NCBI GenBank assembly: GCA_963726855.1
Contig: CAVSEB010000014.1
Location: forward strand, 2,668 to 66,667
DNA length: 64,000 nt
Source: an uncultured Acidimicrobiaceae bacterium
Lineage (GTDB): Bacteria; Actinomycetota; Acidimicrobiia; Acidimicrobiales; RAAP-2
Direction: 5' to 3'
The notes under the pieces are model-generated. The model saw only the letters and a list, made by a program, of their open reading frames with translations, did no database searches and was not told where the DNA came from. Below are positions 54,946 through 64,000 of this stretch, one piece after another. Position 1 is the stretch's first letter. The number at the start of each line of letters is the position of its first letter. The position numbers and the translations under genes were made by a program.

Positions 54946-55446
54946 CTATTGGGTCGTGAACGGCGCCGGATTGGCGACGGGCTGCTGCGTCGATATGTCT
55001 GCCGCAATGAGGAAGCAGGGGACGCCTGAGCTGTCGCCTCCTGGGAGGCAGTTCCCGTCACCAACGGGCTTCGTGGAGCTGACCTTCACCTTGTAGGAGA
55101 GACGGGCGGTGCCCTTTCCGCCGGTCGTCGCGAGCATCGGCCCGCCCGGCTTGCCCAGGTCGGCCGGGTTGGAGTCGCAGGCGTTCGGGTCGCCCCCAGC
55201 TACGCCGACGTTGCACTCGGTGACCGCGATCGTTTCGTGAGGTACGCCAGTCTGGACCACCACCATAATCATCTGATGATTGACGATCGCGGCAGACGGA
55301 GTCAGGCACATAAGGGGCGCAGGGTTACACGTGGTCAGAGCCCCTGCCGATGTGGCCCCCGTGATCAACGAGCTACCGACACCAACAAGTCCACCAGCGA
55401 CGAACAGCGCGCTGCATGCAATACGGGAAACTTTCGTGCGAAGCAT
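54946..55446 (-). CDS. secreted Cys-containing beta-rich protein (neocarzinostatin-family-like)
   Basis: Signal peptide MLRTKVSRIACSALFVAGGLVGVGSSLITGATSAGA. The mature part has paired Cys residues and ...ATTGGKGTARLSYKVKV...VPCFLIAADIS.... Family resemblance is judged by eye only. Confidence 0.7.
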   Translation of the reverse strand: MLRTKVSRIACSALFVAGGLVGVGSSLITGATSAGALTTCNPAPLMCLTPSAAIVNHQMIMVVVQTGVPHETIAVTECNVGVAGGDPNACDSNPADLGKPGGPMLATTGGKGTARLSYKVKVSSTKPVGDGNCLPGGDSSGVPCFLIAADISTQQPVANPAPFTTQ

Positions 55447-55539
55447 TTGCTACCTCCCCTAATGGATGCGGCCGTGCGGACTGCAACCCCTGTGAACGTA
55501 GCACATGTGAGACTCGCATGCTGTCAAGCGGACTGAGAG

Positions 55540-56009
55540 ATAAACGAACGCCCAGCCCCCAACACCGGGGACTGGGCGTTCGGTGGCGTCGAGAGTGACG
55601 GCGACGCCAGTTGTGTCGACACGACCGACACGTCCGTCCGGCGCTGACCAAAGGATGAAACTTCGGCGTGACGGTTGCCGCTCGGGTGGCGCAAGATTGG
55701 CCGAGTCGGCGCTCGCCGCCTTCGTGACAAAGGTCGTCGCCACCCGAGAGGGTTTTCAGAAGGGCTACGTCCAGTGCCTGCGTCTCCATCTCTTCCACCG
55801 TGGCGATGCGGGCGTGCTTCAATCTCACCATCCACTGCCGGTGGCGTTCACCGTTGGCCTTCGTGCTGAAGTCCTTTGACAGGAAGGCCACGGCGTGGCT
55901 CCCGAGAGTCTTGCGCAGGCCACGAGTAACTGTTCCCTTTCCGCCACCGGACGGGCCGAGCAACTGCAGGAAGACCTGCGGCTTGCCCTCGGCTGAGTCA
56001 CCCGTCGCA
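55540..56009 (-). pseudogene. remnant of a phage/plasmid primase-helicase (P4/D5-type NTPase)
   Basis: ...KPQVFLQLLGPSGGGKGTVTRGLRKTLG...ARIATVEEMETQALDVALLKTLSGGDD... shows Walker A, a hydrophobic strand ending in acidic residues (Walker B-like) and the GGD motif of D5-type NTPases. It lacks N- and C-terminal parts and the frame degenerates downstream. Confidence 0.45.
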
Positions 56010-56046
56010 ACTACTTCGGGCGTCGGCTACGGGGGACCGACGCCCG

Positions 56047-56753
56047 TTGATGGTGTGGATCGACGCCAATCCGGTCGACAGTGCGACTGCACCGGCCGAG
56101 CAGCGAGCGAGAGTGACCTCGCCGACGCCGGCCGAGCTGCACGCCCCTGATCGACGGCGCCGCCGCCGTCCAGCCATCGCACGGAATCCTCGTGGCGCTG
56201 GCAGCGATGACGGGCGCCAGGCGAGGCGAACTGTGCGCTCTGCGATGGTCAGACATCGACCTCGATCGAGGCGTCGTTCATATCCGCCGAGCCATGAAAC
56301 AGGTCGGCAAGAAAGTGATTTGAGGGCGACACGAAGACGCACCAGGAGCGAGCGGTGGCCGTGCCGCTCGAAGCTGTCTCGATGCTGCGCATCTTCCGGC
56401 AGTCGACGGACCCGTGTCAGCCGCGACGCAGATCCCGCTAGCCGGCGATCCGTTCGTCTTCTCGCCCGACGTCGACCACGCTCGGCCATACATGCCTGAA
56501 TCCGTAAGTCAGATGTTCGGCCGAGTCGCTCGAAAAGCTGGGCTGCCGTACCACCTGCACCAGCTGCGACATTTCGCGGCGACTCAGCTCGTTGCGGCGG
56601 GACACGACGTCGTCAAGGTGAGTAGCAGGCCCGGGCCACGCCGACCCATCGCTGACGCTGCGGGTCTACGCGCACCCCCTCGAAGACCGAGACCGTGCGG
56701 CCGGCGACGCCCTCGGCGAGCTGTCCTGCCGAAATCTCCTAAATAGGCGATAA
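56047..56753 (+). pseudogene. truncated, multiply disrupted tyrosine integrase (paralog of 51100..52259)
   Basis: Pieces lie in three frames: WIDANPVDSA..., LIDGAAAVQPSHGILVALAAMTGARRGELCALRWSDIDL...KKVI-stop, GDTKTHQERAVAVPLEAVSML, FVFSPD...HQLRHFAATQLVAAGHDV, LGHADPSLTLRVYAHPLEDRD. The N-terminal domain is missing. Confidence 0.8.
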
Positions 56754-56884
56754 CCGCGTCTGGCCTCGGCCGCCCTCGCGACCTTTGCCCTGGTCCATTT
56801 CTCCAAAGACACCTTTTGGTTGAATCGCCAGCCCGTGTGGACGACATAGCCAGCAAGTCAGGATCGTCCATCTCAGGTTTGCGG

Positions 56885-57496
56885 CTACCCCGAGTTCCCG
56901 CTGTTGCCGAGACCCGAGTTCCCGCTGTTGCCGAGACCCGAGTTCCCGCTGTTGCCGAGACCCGAGTTCCCGCTGTTGCCGAGACCCGAGTTCCCGCTGT
57001 TGCCGAGACCGCTGGGGCCGCAGTTCGATTTGGCCTCTGAAGCCAACTCCGAATCGATCCGCGGAATCATTGTCTTAAGGCTTGAGCTCTGAGACTGCGA
57101 TCCCTGGCCGCCCGCATTCACAACCGGATTCAATATCGCGAGTGCCGATTGCAGGTTGTGCTTCAGCTGGGAGTTGGACACTTCTTTTGCAAAGCTGTCG
57201 TAGTGGGCCTGGAGGTTGGAGATGTCAGAAAGGCTGCTCAAATCGATCGATCCGGCCAGTCGCAACTCGTCTGAGAATGTGGTGTAGTCCTCGCAGAACG
57301 TATAAGTGTCCGCACTGGAACTTCCATGAGAGGCGGATGCCTTCGCACTCGTAGAAGAGGTTGTGGGCGATGCCGCTGGGGTGCCACCCCCACCGCACGC
57401 CGACAGAGCCACGGCGGCACCCACCGGGACAAGAAGGACAGCCCACATTCTTCGCGAGCCCGTACGTTTTGCCGTGAACGAATCGTTTTCCGCCAT
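56885..57496 (-). CDS. lipoprotein with C-terminal (GLGNSGNS)n repeat
   Basis: Lipobox ALSAC, Ser/Thr-rich linker, helical middle part, then a tail of GLGNSGNS repeats that runs to the stop. Confidence 0.75.
   Translation of the reverse strand: MAENDSFTAKRTGSRRMWAVLLVPVGAAVALSACGGGGTPAASPTTSSTSAKASASHGSSSADTYTFCEDYTTFSDELRLAGSIDLSSLSDISNLQAHYDSFAKEVSNSQLKHNLQSALAILNPVVNAGGQGSQSQSSSLKTMIPRIDSELASEAKSNCGPSGLGNSGNSGLGNSGNSGLGNSGNSGLGNSGNSGLGNSGNSG
56888..57007. repeat. perfect 24-bp tandem repeat x5
   Basis: The unit cccgagttcccgctgttgccgaga is repeated five times without a mismatch. It is in frame (8 codons per unit) within the lipoprotein gene. Confidence 0.95.
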
Positions 57497-57716
57497 GTGA
57501 CCCCCTTGTAGCGAGTGCCGAAGTCAGGAGGCACAGGAAGCGAAGCATTACGCAATCCCCGTGACAGTGCAACTGCTCTTGCAGGTATGGGGCGGAATGT
57601 CGGGTCGGACCGTCCGTCAGGGAACAGGGGTCTCCTCACCAATGTCGGGCAGAGCTGGGCGACGGTAACCACTCGCGGTCACCAAACCGGTTCCTGAACC
57701 AGCCGAACCGACGCCC

Positions 57717-59029
57717 TCAGGCCATCGCGTTGGGCGGGCTGAGGACCGGCATCTTGAGCGCGTCCTGCACCTCGGACAAAGCCGATGGATCCGGCGCGAG
57801 CGGGCCACCGTCGACCGGGGTCATCCAGACGTGCATCATCGGCGGGGTGACCCGGCTCTTGCTGCCAGCGGTGCATGACCCGTGGCTGTTGGTGCCCACC
57901 ACATGGTCATTGCTGAAGCACAGGTCGGTGTGGATGTGCCACTGGGTCAGGCATCCACCGGGCTGGGGCGGCGTCGAGTCCTTCGGAACCAGGTACATCG
58001 CCGCCGACAGCACCGCGCCGTGTGCCGTGTTGACGTAGACGAGCGACGGAATGGCTGCTGGGTCGAGGGCGTCACCCGAACGGTAGATCGAGGGGTTGAT
58101 GTAGTGCACCACGCGCTGGCCAGTCGGCGTCACGGGCACGTAGCCCGCCGCCTTGGCCGTTGCCAGGCGGGTGTATTTCTGGGCCGCAGCAACCGTCTGG
58201 TCCACCAGGTGCACGGCGGCCTGTTGCTGGGCCGCCGTGGGCTGAGCGTTGCAGTTGGGCTCGGCCATCTTCATCCCCGTCATCGTCGTGGCCATTTGGT
58301 CGGGCCACTCGATGTTTCCGGCCGGTGAGGTGGTCGTCAGTGACAGCGCCTTCGCGTGCGCGGAGGCGGCCGGCATTGCCATTCCCGCCATGCCGCCGCT
58401 CGACGCGCTCGCGGGGGTGGCGGGCGCAACTGAGGCACTGGCCAACACGTTGGTGCCGATGAGCGAGAACATGGCCACGGCCGCCGCCGCCAGCGCCGAC
58501 GCCGTAGGCCCGGACGGAGGACACGGCAGGAGACAGCGCGACCAGGGCGGCGGCCGCCTCGACGGTGGTCGTGAGGAGCCCGACCGGGTCCATCGTCTCC
58601 CAACCCTTGAGGATGTAGAGGGCGTAGACGCAGGCCGTCCCGCCGAGCATGGCGGCCGCCACCAGGCGCCAGGCGGCCCGCGCCATGAATGTCCACCAGA
58701 AGGCCAGGGCGAATCCAGCGGTGTCAGCGATGAACAAGATGGCCGTCACCCGTTCGTCGCCCCAGTGCGTCGGCACGATGGCCGCGTGGACCAGGACACC
58801 CAGCAGGCAACCAAGAGAGCGCGAAGCGGCCGGCGAAGCCGATGGCGTCCAGCCGGGACTGTGCCCGTCGTGCCCATGGCACCTGGCGCGCCGCCAGGGC
58901 CCGCAGTGCGGACAGGGCCAGCCAGACCACCGGGCCAATCAGGACCAGCACGACGAGGCCCGGCAGGTGCTCGTCGGGCACCGAGAGGAGGCCGTTCGAC
59001 CCCGTCATCTGCATCACCATGTCTCGCAT
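57717..59029 (-). CDS. polytopic membrane protein with C-terminal extracytoplasmic domain, two frame breaks as sequenced
   Basis: Three ORFs join at the protein level. 58724..59029 gives MRDMVMQ...LVVLVLIGPVVWLALSAL...FAGRFALSWL. 58072..58938 gives LGVLVHAAIVPTHWGDERVTAILFIADTAGFALAFWW.... 57717..58478 gives AAVAMFSLIGTNVLA...CLTQWHIHTDLCF.... Breaks near 58795-58812 and 58505-58520. Confidence 0.55.
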
Positions 59030-59234
59030 GGGTGTTCCTCCATTCCCTGCTCACACGCAGGGTAGGGAACGGGTATGAGGATTCCGTGATGCCCCATTGA
59101 TGGGTGTATGCCCGCCTCTCGGGCGGCGCGTAGTCTTTGGGCGGGACCCGCGGCCTCCGACAGAGGTCGGAGCACGTGCGTTGCGCCTTCGCCGTCCGGC
59201 CCACGACATCAGGCCTGCGCGTTCGCGCGCGTGA

Positions 59235-60701
<1,467 letters not shown>

Positions 60702-60710
60702 AGGCTGGTG

Positions 60711-61382
60711 TCAGCCCAGCGAGGCCGTGGCGATCACGGTCCCGCTGGGCGACATCACCTGGGCCGAGCGCACCGCGGCCGGCTTCACGTGCAGGGGCGC
60801 CGCCCAGGCGCCGTACCCTTCAGTGGACACGAAGCTGCCCACGTCGTGGACCTTGCCATCGTCGGTCACCACCACGCAGTGGACCACGCCGCGTGCCGTC
60901 GAATCGTCCAGCGTCATCCGCATCCACGGTCTGGCACCGCCGAAGATGTCGACGTGACCGACGTTCTCGCCGTTCTCGATCAGCGCCGCCGTCTGTACGG
61001 CGCGCTGCTGATGGGCACCGTCCGCACTGGTGGTCGGTGCCGGCGAGGACGCCAGCCCGAGCCCCAGACCAACGGCCAGGGCGGCCACGCCGGCCGCCGC
61101 CGTGGCGGGGATCCAAAACCGGGGACGACGTCGCCGGCGCGTCGCTCGTGCCGCCTCGATCCCCATCCGTTCAAAGAGCCGCGTCTCGAACCCCAGCGGC
61201 GGCTCGGCCTCCGGGGCCACGGCCACGACGGCATCGGCCGCCCGCGACAGCTGCTCGAGCTCCTCGGCACAACGCGGGCAGGACTCCAGGTGCGAAAGCG
61301 CCCGCGCCCGCTCCCGCCCGGTCAACACGCCGAGCGCCAACTGGGCCAGATCATCCTCGTACCGCACACATTCGTCACTCAT
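60711..61382 (-). CDS. membrane anti-sigma factor with ZAS (HxxxCxxC) motif
   Basis: SHLESCPRCAEEL, a TM segment (WIPATAAAGVAALAVGLGLGLA), and an extracytoplasmic domain. ATGA overlap with the sigma-factor gene. Confidence 0.8.
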   Translation of the reverse strand: MSDECVRYEDDLAQLALGVLTGRERARALSHLESCPRCAEELEQLSRAADAVVAVAPEAEPPLGFETRLFERMGIEAARATRRRRRPRFWIPATAAAGVAALAVGLGLGLASSPAPTTSADGAHQQRAVQTAALIENGENVGHVDIFGGARPWMRMTLDDSTARGVVHCVVVTDDGKVHDVGSFVSTEGYGAWAAPLHVKPAAVRSAQVMSPSGTVIATASLG

Positions 61383-61969
61383 CGCTCGTCGTTCACCCCC
61401 TCTGCATGGTCGATGGCAGCGCGCAGCCGAATGAGGGCGGTCCGGATGCGCGTCTTGGCGGTGCCGAGGGGAATGCCCTCGGACTCGCTGATCTCGAGTG
61501 CGGTGCGGCCGTAGACCGCAGAAAGAATCACGGCACGACGCTGCTCGTCGGGCAGCACGCGCAACGCGGCCTGGACGATCCGGCGGGCGTCGTGCCGTCC
61601 CGCCGTGTCCTCGGGGTCGCGCTCGTTACTGGCCAGCATGGAGAGGGCGAAGTCGTCGGGGTCGGTCGGGACCGCCCGGCGCATGCGCAGGGCGTCGATC
61701 GCCAGGTTGCGAGTGATGGTCAGGACCCAGGAGGTCACGGAACCACGCCGCGGATCGAACACCGGAGCGTGCCGCCAGACCCTGGTCATGGCCTCCTGCG
61801 CCACGTCCTCGGCCACACCCGGATCGCTTGTCATGGAGTAGGCCAAGCCGAAGACCCGGCGCTGGTAGCGGCGCACGAAGGCGATGGCCGCGGCCTGCTC
61901 GCCCACGGCCATGCCGGCCAGGAGGTCCTCGTCGCTCAGTTCGCCCGAGTCCACGCGTGATTCTCTCAT
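61379..61969 (-). CDS. ECF (sigma-70 group 4) RNA polymerase sigma factor
   Basis: Starts at the ATG at 61969 (MRESRVDSGELSDEDLL...). Region 2 DVAQEAMTRVWR and region 4 ...LEISESEGIPLGTAKTRIRTAL. Confidence 0.88.
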   Translation of the reverse strand: MRESRVDSGELSDEDLLAGMAVGEQAAAIAFVRRYQRRVFGLAYSMTSDPGVAEDVAQEAMTRVWRHAPVFDPRRGSVTSWVLTITRNLAIDALRMRRAVPTDPDDFALSMLASNERDPEDTAGRHDARRIVQAALRVLPDEQRRAVILSAVYGRTALEISESEGIPLGTAKTRIRTALIRLRAAIDHAEGVNDER

Positions 61970-62279
61970 CCACAGGTATACGCACAGGGTCGACCTGGGG
62001 ATTTCCCGACTCGGAGCAAGCGGCAGCCGCGCCCTCGACGCGCCCTTTCGTGCCGAGAGCGACACTGCCAGATCCAGCCAAAGTCCCAGGTCCCGATGGT
62101 TGGCGTGCGTTCGCAGCTCACCGTGCGAGCGGGAACCCGATCGCATCCGCGACCCCCGGATTGGGTCGACGACCTGCGCATTCCCGGCTGGCCGGGCGTT
62201 CCCGTTCGGGCCGCCTCCGTGCACTTTCACCCTGGCCCGACCAGAGCTGCCGCACAGCCTCTCCGGCCCGTCGGTGCCC

Positions 62280-63107
62280 TCAGTCCCGCAGGCCGGCGAA
62301 GAGATCGTCCTCGGGCACGGGCGCGCCGGTCGGATCGAGCACGCGGACGAAGCTCTCGTCGCTCATCATCTTCGAGAACAAGTCGACGCCCATCTGGAGG
62401 AAGAAGATGTTGTCGCCCTGGCTGGCGTGCGCTTCGAGGGAGGCGAACTTGCGCGCCGCCACCGGACCACACTGGACGGTCGTCGTGATCAACTCGTCCG
62501 GCGTGCCGAAGTCGGGGTTCTCCTGGACCTCTTCTCCGGGCCCTTCGATGCCCGCCTCGGCCAACACCTCGGCAAATGTGGCCAGCCGCGAGCGTGCCAG
62601 GGCCGTGTAGTACAGCTTGGTGGGGGCGCCCCACTCGGCGAGCGCCGCCTGGGTGATGCGATTCGCCTGAATGTGGTCGGGATGCCCGTAGAAGCCGTTC
62701 TCGTCGTAGGTGACCACGACCTGTGGTTCGTAGCGGCGCATCAGCTCGGCCAGGCGATGACCGGCCTCGGCCACGGGCGTCTGCCAGAAGGAGCCCTTGG
62801 CCTCGTTCTGCGGCCACCCCGCCATGCCCGAGTCGTGGTAGCCGAGCAGCTCCAGGTGGCGCACGCCCAGGACGGCGCAGCTCGCCTCGAGCTCCCGGCG
62901 GCGCAGCGGCACCACCACCGACTCGTCGTGGCGAGGATCCTCCGGCTTGATGCCGCCCGGTGCGTCACCGAGCTCGCCGTTGGTGCAGGTGACCAGCACG
63001 GTCTCCACGCCCTCGTCCGAGTAACGGGCCAGGACGCCGCCGGTGCTGATGGCCTCGTCGTCCGGATGCGCATGGACCGCCATGAGGGTGAGGGGGCGCT
63101 CGGGCAT
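62280..63107 (-). CDS. PIG-L/LmbE-family deacetylase (mycothiol S-conjugate amidase Mca-like)
   Basis: LMAVHAHPDDEA..., TYDENGFYGHPDHI, and a C-terminal ...DDLFAGL tail resembling Mca. Confidence 0.8.
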   Translation of the reverse strand: MPERPLTLMAVHAHPDDEAISTGGVLARYSDEGVETVLVTCTNGELGDAPGGIKPEDPRHDESVVVPLRRRELEASCAVLGVRHLELLGYHDSGMAGWPQNEAKGSFWQTPVAEAGHRLAELMRRYEPQVVVTYDENGFYGHPDHIQANRITQAALAEWGAPTKLYYTALARSRLATFAEVLAEAGIEGPGEEVQENPDFGTPDELITTTVQCGPVAARKFASLEAHASQGDNIFFLQMGVDLFSKMMSDESFVRVLDPTGAPVPEDDLFAGLRD

Positions 63108-63146
63108 GCGCAGCAGCGTAAAGGAGGGCTGTCCCTGCTCAGCCGC

Positions 63147-64000
63147 TCAGGTCTGCATCGCCCCCACGGCACCGGCGAGGCGCGCCAGCTCGGCGGGCCA
63201 CCCGTCGGCGGGCGGTGCCATCGGCCGGACCACGAACTTCGAGAAACCGACCTCGAGGAACCGCTCCATCATCACCCGCAGGCCATCGAGGCCGACGGGG
63301 ACGATGTCCTCGAGCGGGCGGCCGCGGGCCCGCCGGGCCAAGGGAGAGGAGGCCAGTGCGCCCAGGTCCGTTCCCTCGGGCGCGTAGGCCAGGGAGACGC
63401 CGAAGTGCTCGGGGCTGACGGCGCGCTCGTGCTCCGCCGCCACGCGATCGACGACCGCCTTGCCGGCGCCGGCGTCCTCGGGTGTGCAGAAGGCCGGGAG
63501 CCAGCCGTCGCCCAGGCGGCCGCACCGCTCGAGCGCCGCGGGCAGGTTGCCTCCCAGCCACACGTCGAAAGGGTCCTGCACCGGGCGGGGCGAGACCGAG
63601 ATCTCCTCGAAGGAGCCGGCAGGGCCCTCGTGGCTGACCACCTCACCGGCCCACAGCCGGCGGAGCACCGGCAGCCCGTCCTCCATGTGGGCGGCACGGG
63701 TCGGCGTCGAGAGTCCGATGGCACTGCGCTCGCCCCCGATGGCCAGGCCGGGCACGAAGGTGAGCAGGAAGCGGCCGTCCGAGAGCTGGTCGAGCGTGCC
63801 CACCGCTTTGGCCAACCAGACCAGGTTGCGCCCCGGCAACAGCATGGTCGTGCCGATCTTCAGCCGCGGGCAGGCCCCTGACACCCAGGCCAACCCGACC
63901 AGGGGGTCGGGTCCGGGGCGGGTGAGGACCTCCGGGAGCCAGAGCGAGTCGAATCCCGTCTCGGTGACGGCCTGACCCAGGGCCAACATTTCTTCCGGTC
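63147..64000 (-). CDS. LLM-class (luciferase-like) flavin/F420-dependent oxidoreductase; N-terminus beyond the right edge
   Basis: ...TGFDSLWLPE...RLKIGTTMLLPGRN...LDQLSDGRFLLTFVPG... pattern. The ORF is open to the window end. Confidence 0.75.
   Translation of the reverse strand, partial: PEEMLALGQAVTETGFDSLWLPEVLTRPGPDPLVGLAWVSGACPRLKIGTTMLLPGRNLVWLAKAVGTLDQLSDGRFLLTFVPGLAIGGERSAIGLSTPTRAAHMEDGLPVLRRLWAGEVVSHEGPAGSFEEISVSPRPVQDPFDVWLGGNLPAALERCGRLGDGWLPAFCTPEDAGAGKAVVDRVAAEHERAVSPEHFGVSLAYAPEGTDLGALASSPLARRARGRPLEDIVPVGLDGLRVMMERFLEVGFSKFVVRPMAPPADGWPAELARLAGAVGAMQT

Larger units (their letters stand above)
51010..57600. mobile_element. degraded integrative element(s) next to tRNA-Arg
   Basis: Contents: tyrosine integrase (frameshifted), Ltp-type gene, HEPN-like gene, small secreted proteins, P4/D5-type primase remnant, and a second truncated integrase. 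GC looks lower than the flanks by eye. A weak direct repeat AGTGCAACT..CTCTTG occurs at 51064-51086 and 57566-57582. Boundaries are not established. Confidence 0.5.

Noticed and set aside
55263-55282. Palindrome AATCATC-T-GATGATT, considered as a possible operator.
   Set aside because: It lies inside the coding sequence of the secreted protein, where it encodes ..VNHQMIM... There is no second copy or promoter context.
56888-57007. Possible CRISPR array (regular 24-bp repeats).
   Set aside because: The repeats are directly tandem with no spacers. They are in frame within a lipoprotein gene, and no cas genes are present in the window.

Overview
This is a high-GC (about 68-70%) actinobacterial chromosome segment.

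**Layout**
- **1 to ~39.5 kb (core genes).** The minus-strand order rsmI, metG, tatD, cell-wall hydrolase slot, rsmA/ksgA, ispE ... glmU, prs mirrors the Mycobacterium Rv1003-Rv1018 neighbourhood. The block also holds:
  - an OmpR/sensor-kinase pair, pepN, ychF and a PfkB kinase;
  - a GT4/methyltransferase/prenyltransferase-like operon;
  - an Nramp-related transporter coupled to a soluble MgtE-N/CBS protein;
  - an ApbE/ferric-reductase/NuoF-like/ferredoxin operon.
- **~39.5 to 57.6 kb (accessory block, sampled lines 45-60% GC).**
  - Chromosomal-type genes: a GGDEF cyclase, an HtrA-like protease, a UvrD-like helicase with an SOS box on its start codon, and a DUF867/PGA-hydrolase gene.
  - Mobile-element landmarks: tRNA-Arg(CCT), an HNH remnant, one frameshifted and one truncated tyrosine integrase, and a primase remnant.
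  - Island cargo: an Ltp-type superinfection-exclusion gene, a HEPN-like gene, small secreted proteins, and a lipoprotein with a perfect 24-bp x5 repeat.
- **57.7 to 64 kb (core again).** ahcY, an ECF sigma/ZAS anti-sigma pair, an Mca-like amidase and an LLM oxidoreductase.

**Caveat on sequence quality.** I count about 20 reading-frame breaks, several inside essential genes (ispE, metG, rsmA). The supplied ORF track therefore splits some genes and fuses others. Coordinates below are my frame-corrected gene models. Start codons are often uncertain.

**Two tiny actinobacterial ribosomal protein genes (bS22, bL37) and two tRNAs are absent from the ORF track.**

**Most interesting candidates**
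1. The split MgtE-sensor/NRMT-like magnesium module with its structured, uORF-bearing leader.
2. The ApbE-linked transmembrane redox operon.
3. The tRNA-Arg island with its Ltp and HEPN-like genes.
4. A shared 15-bp GTAAT-repeat motif upstream of two unlinked genes.

All family assignments come from reading motifs by eye. No searches were run.
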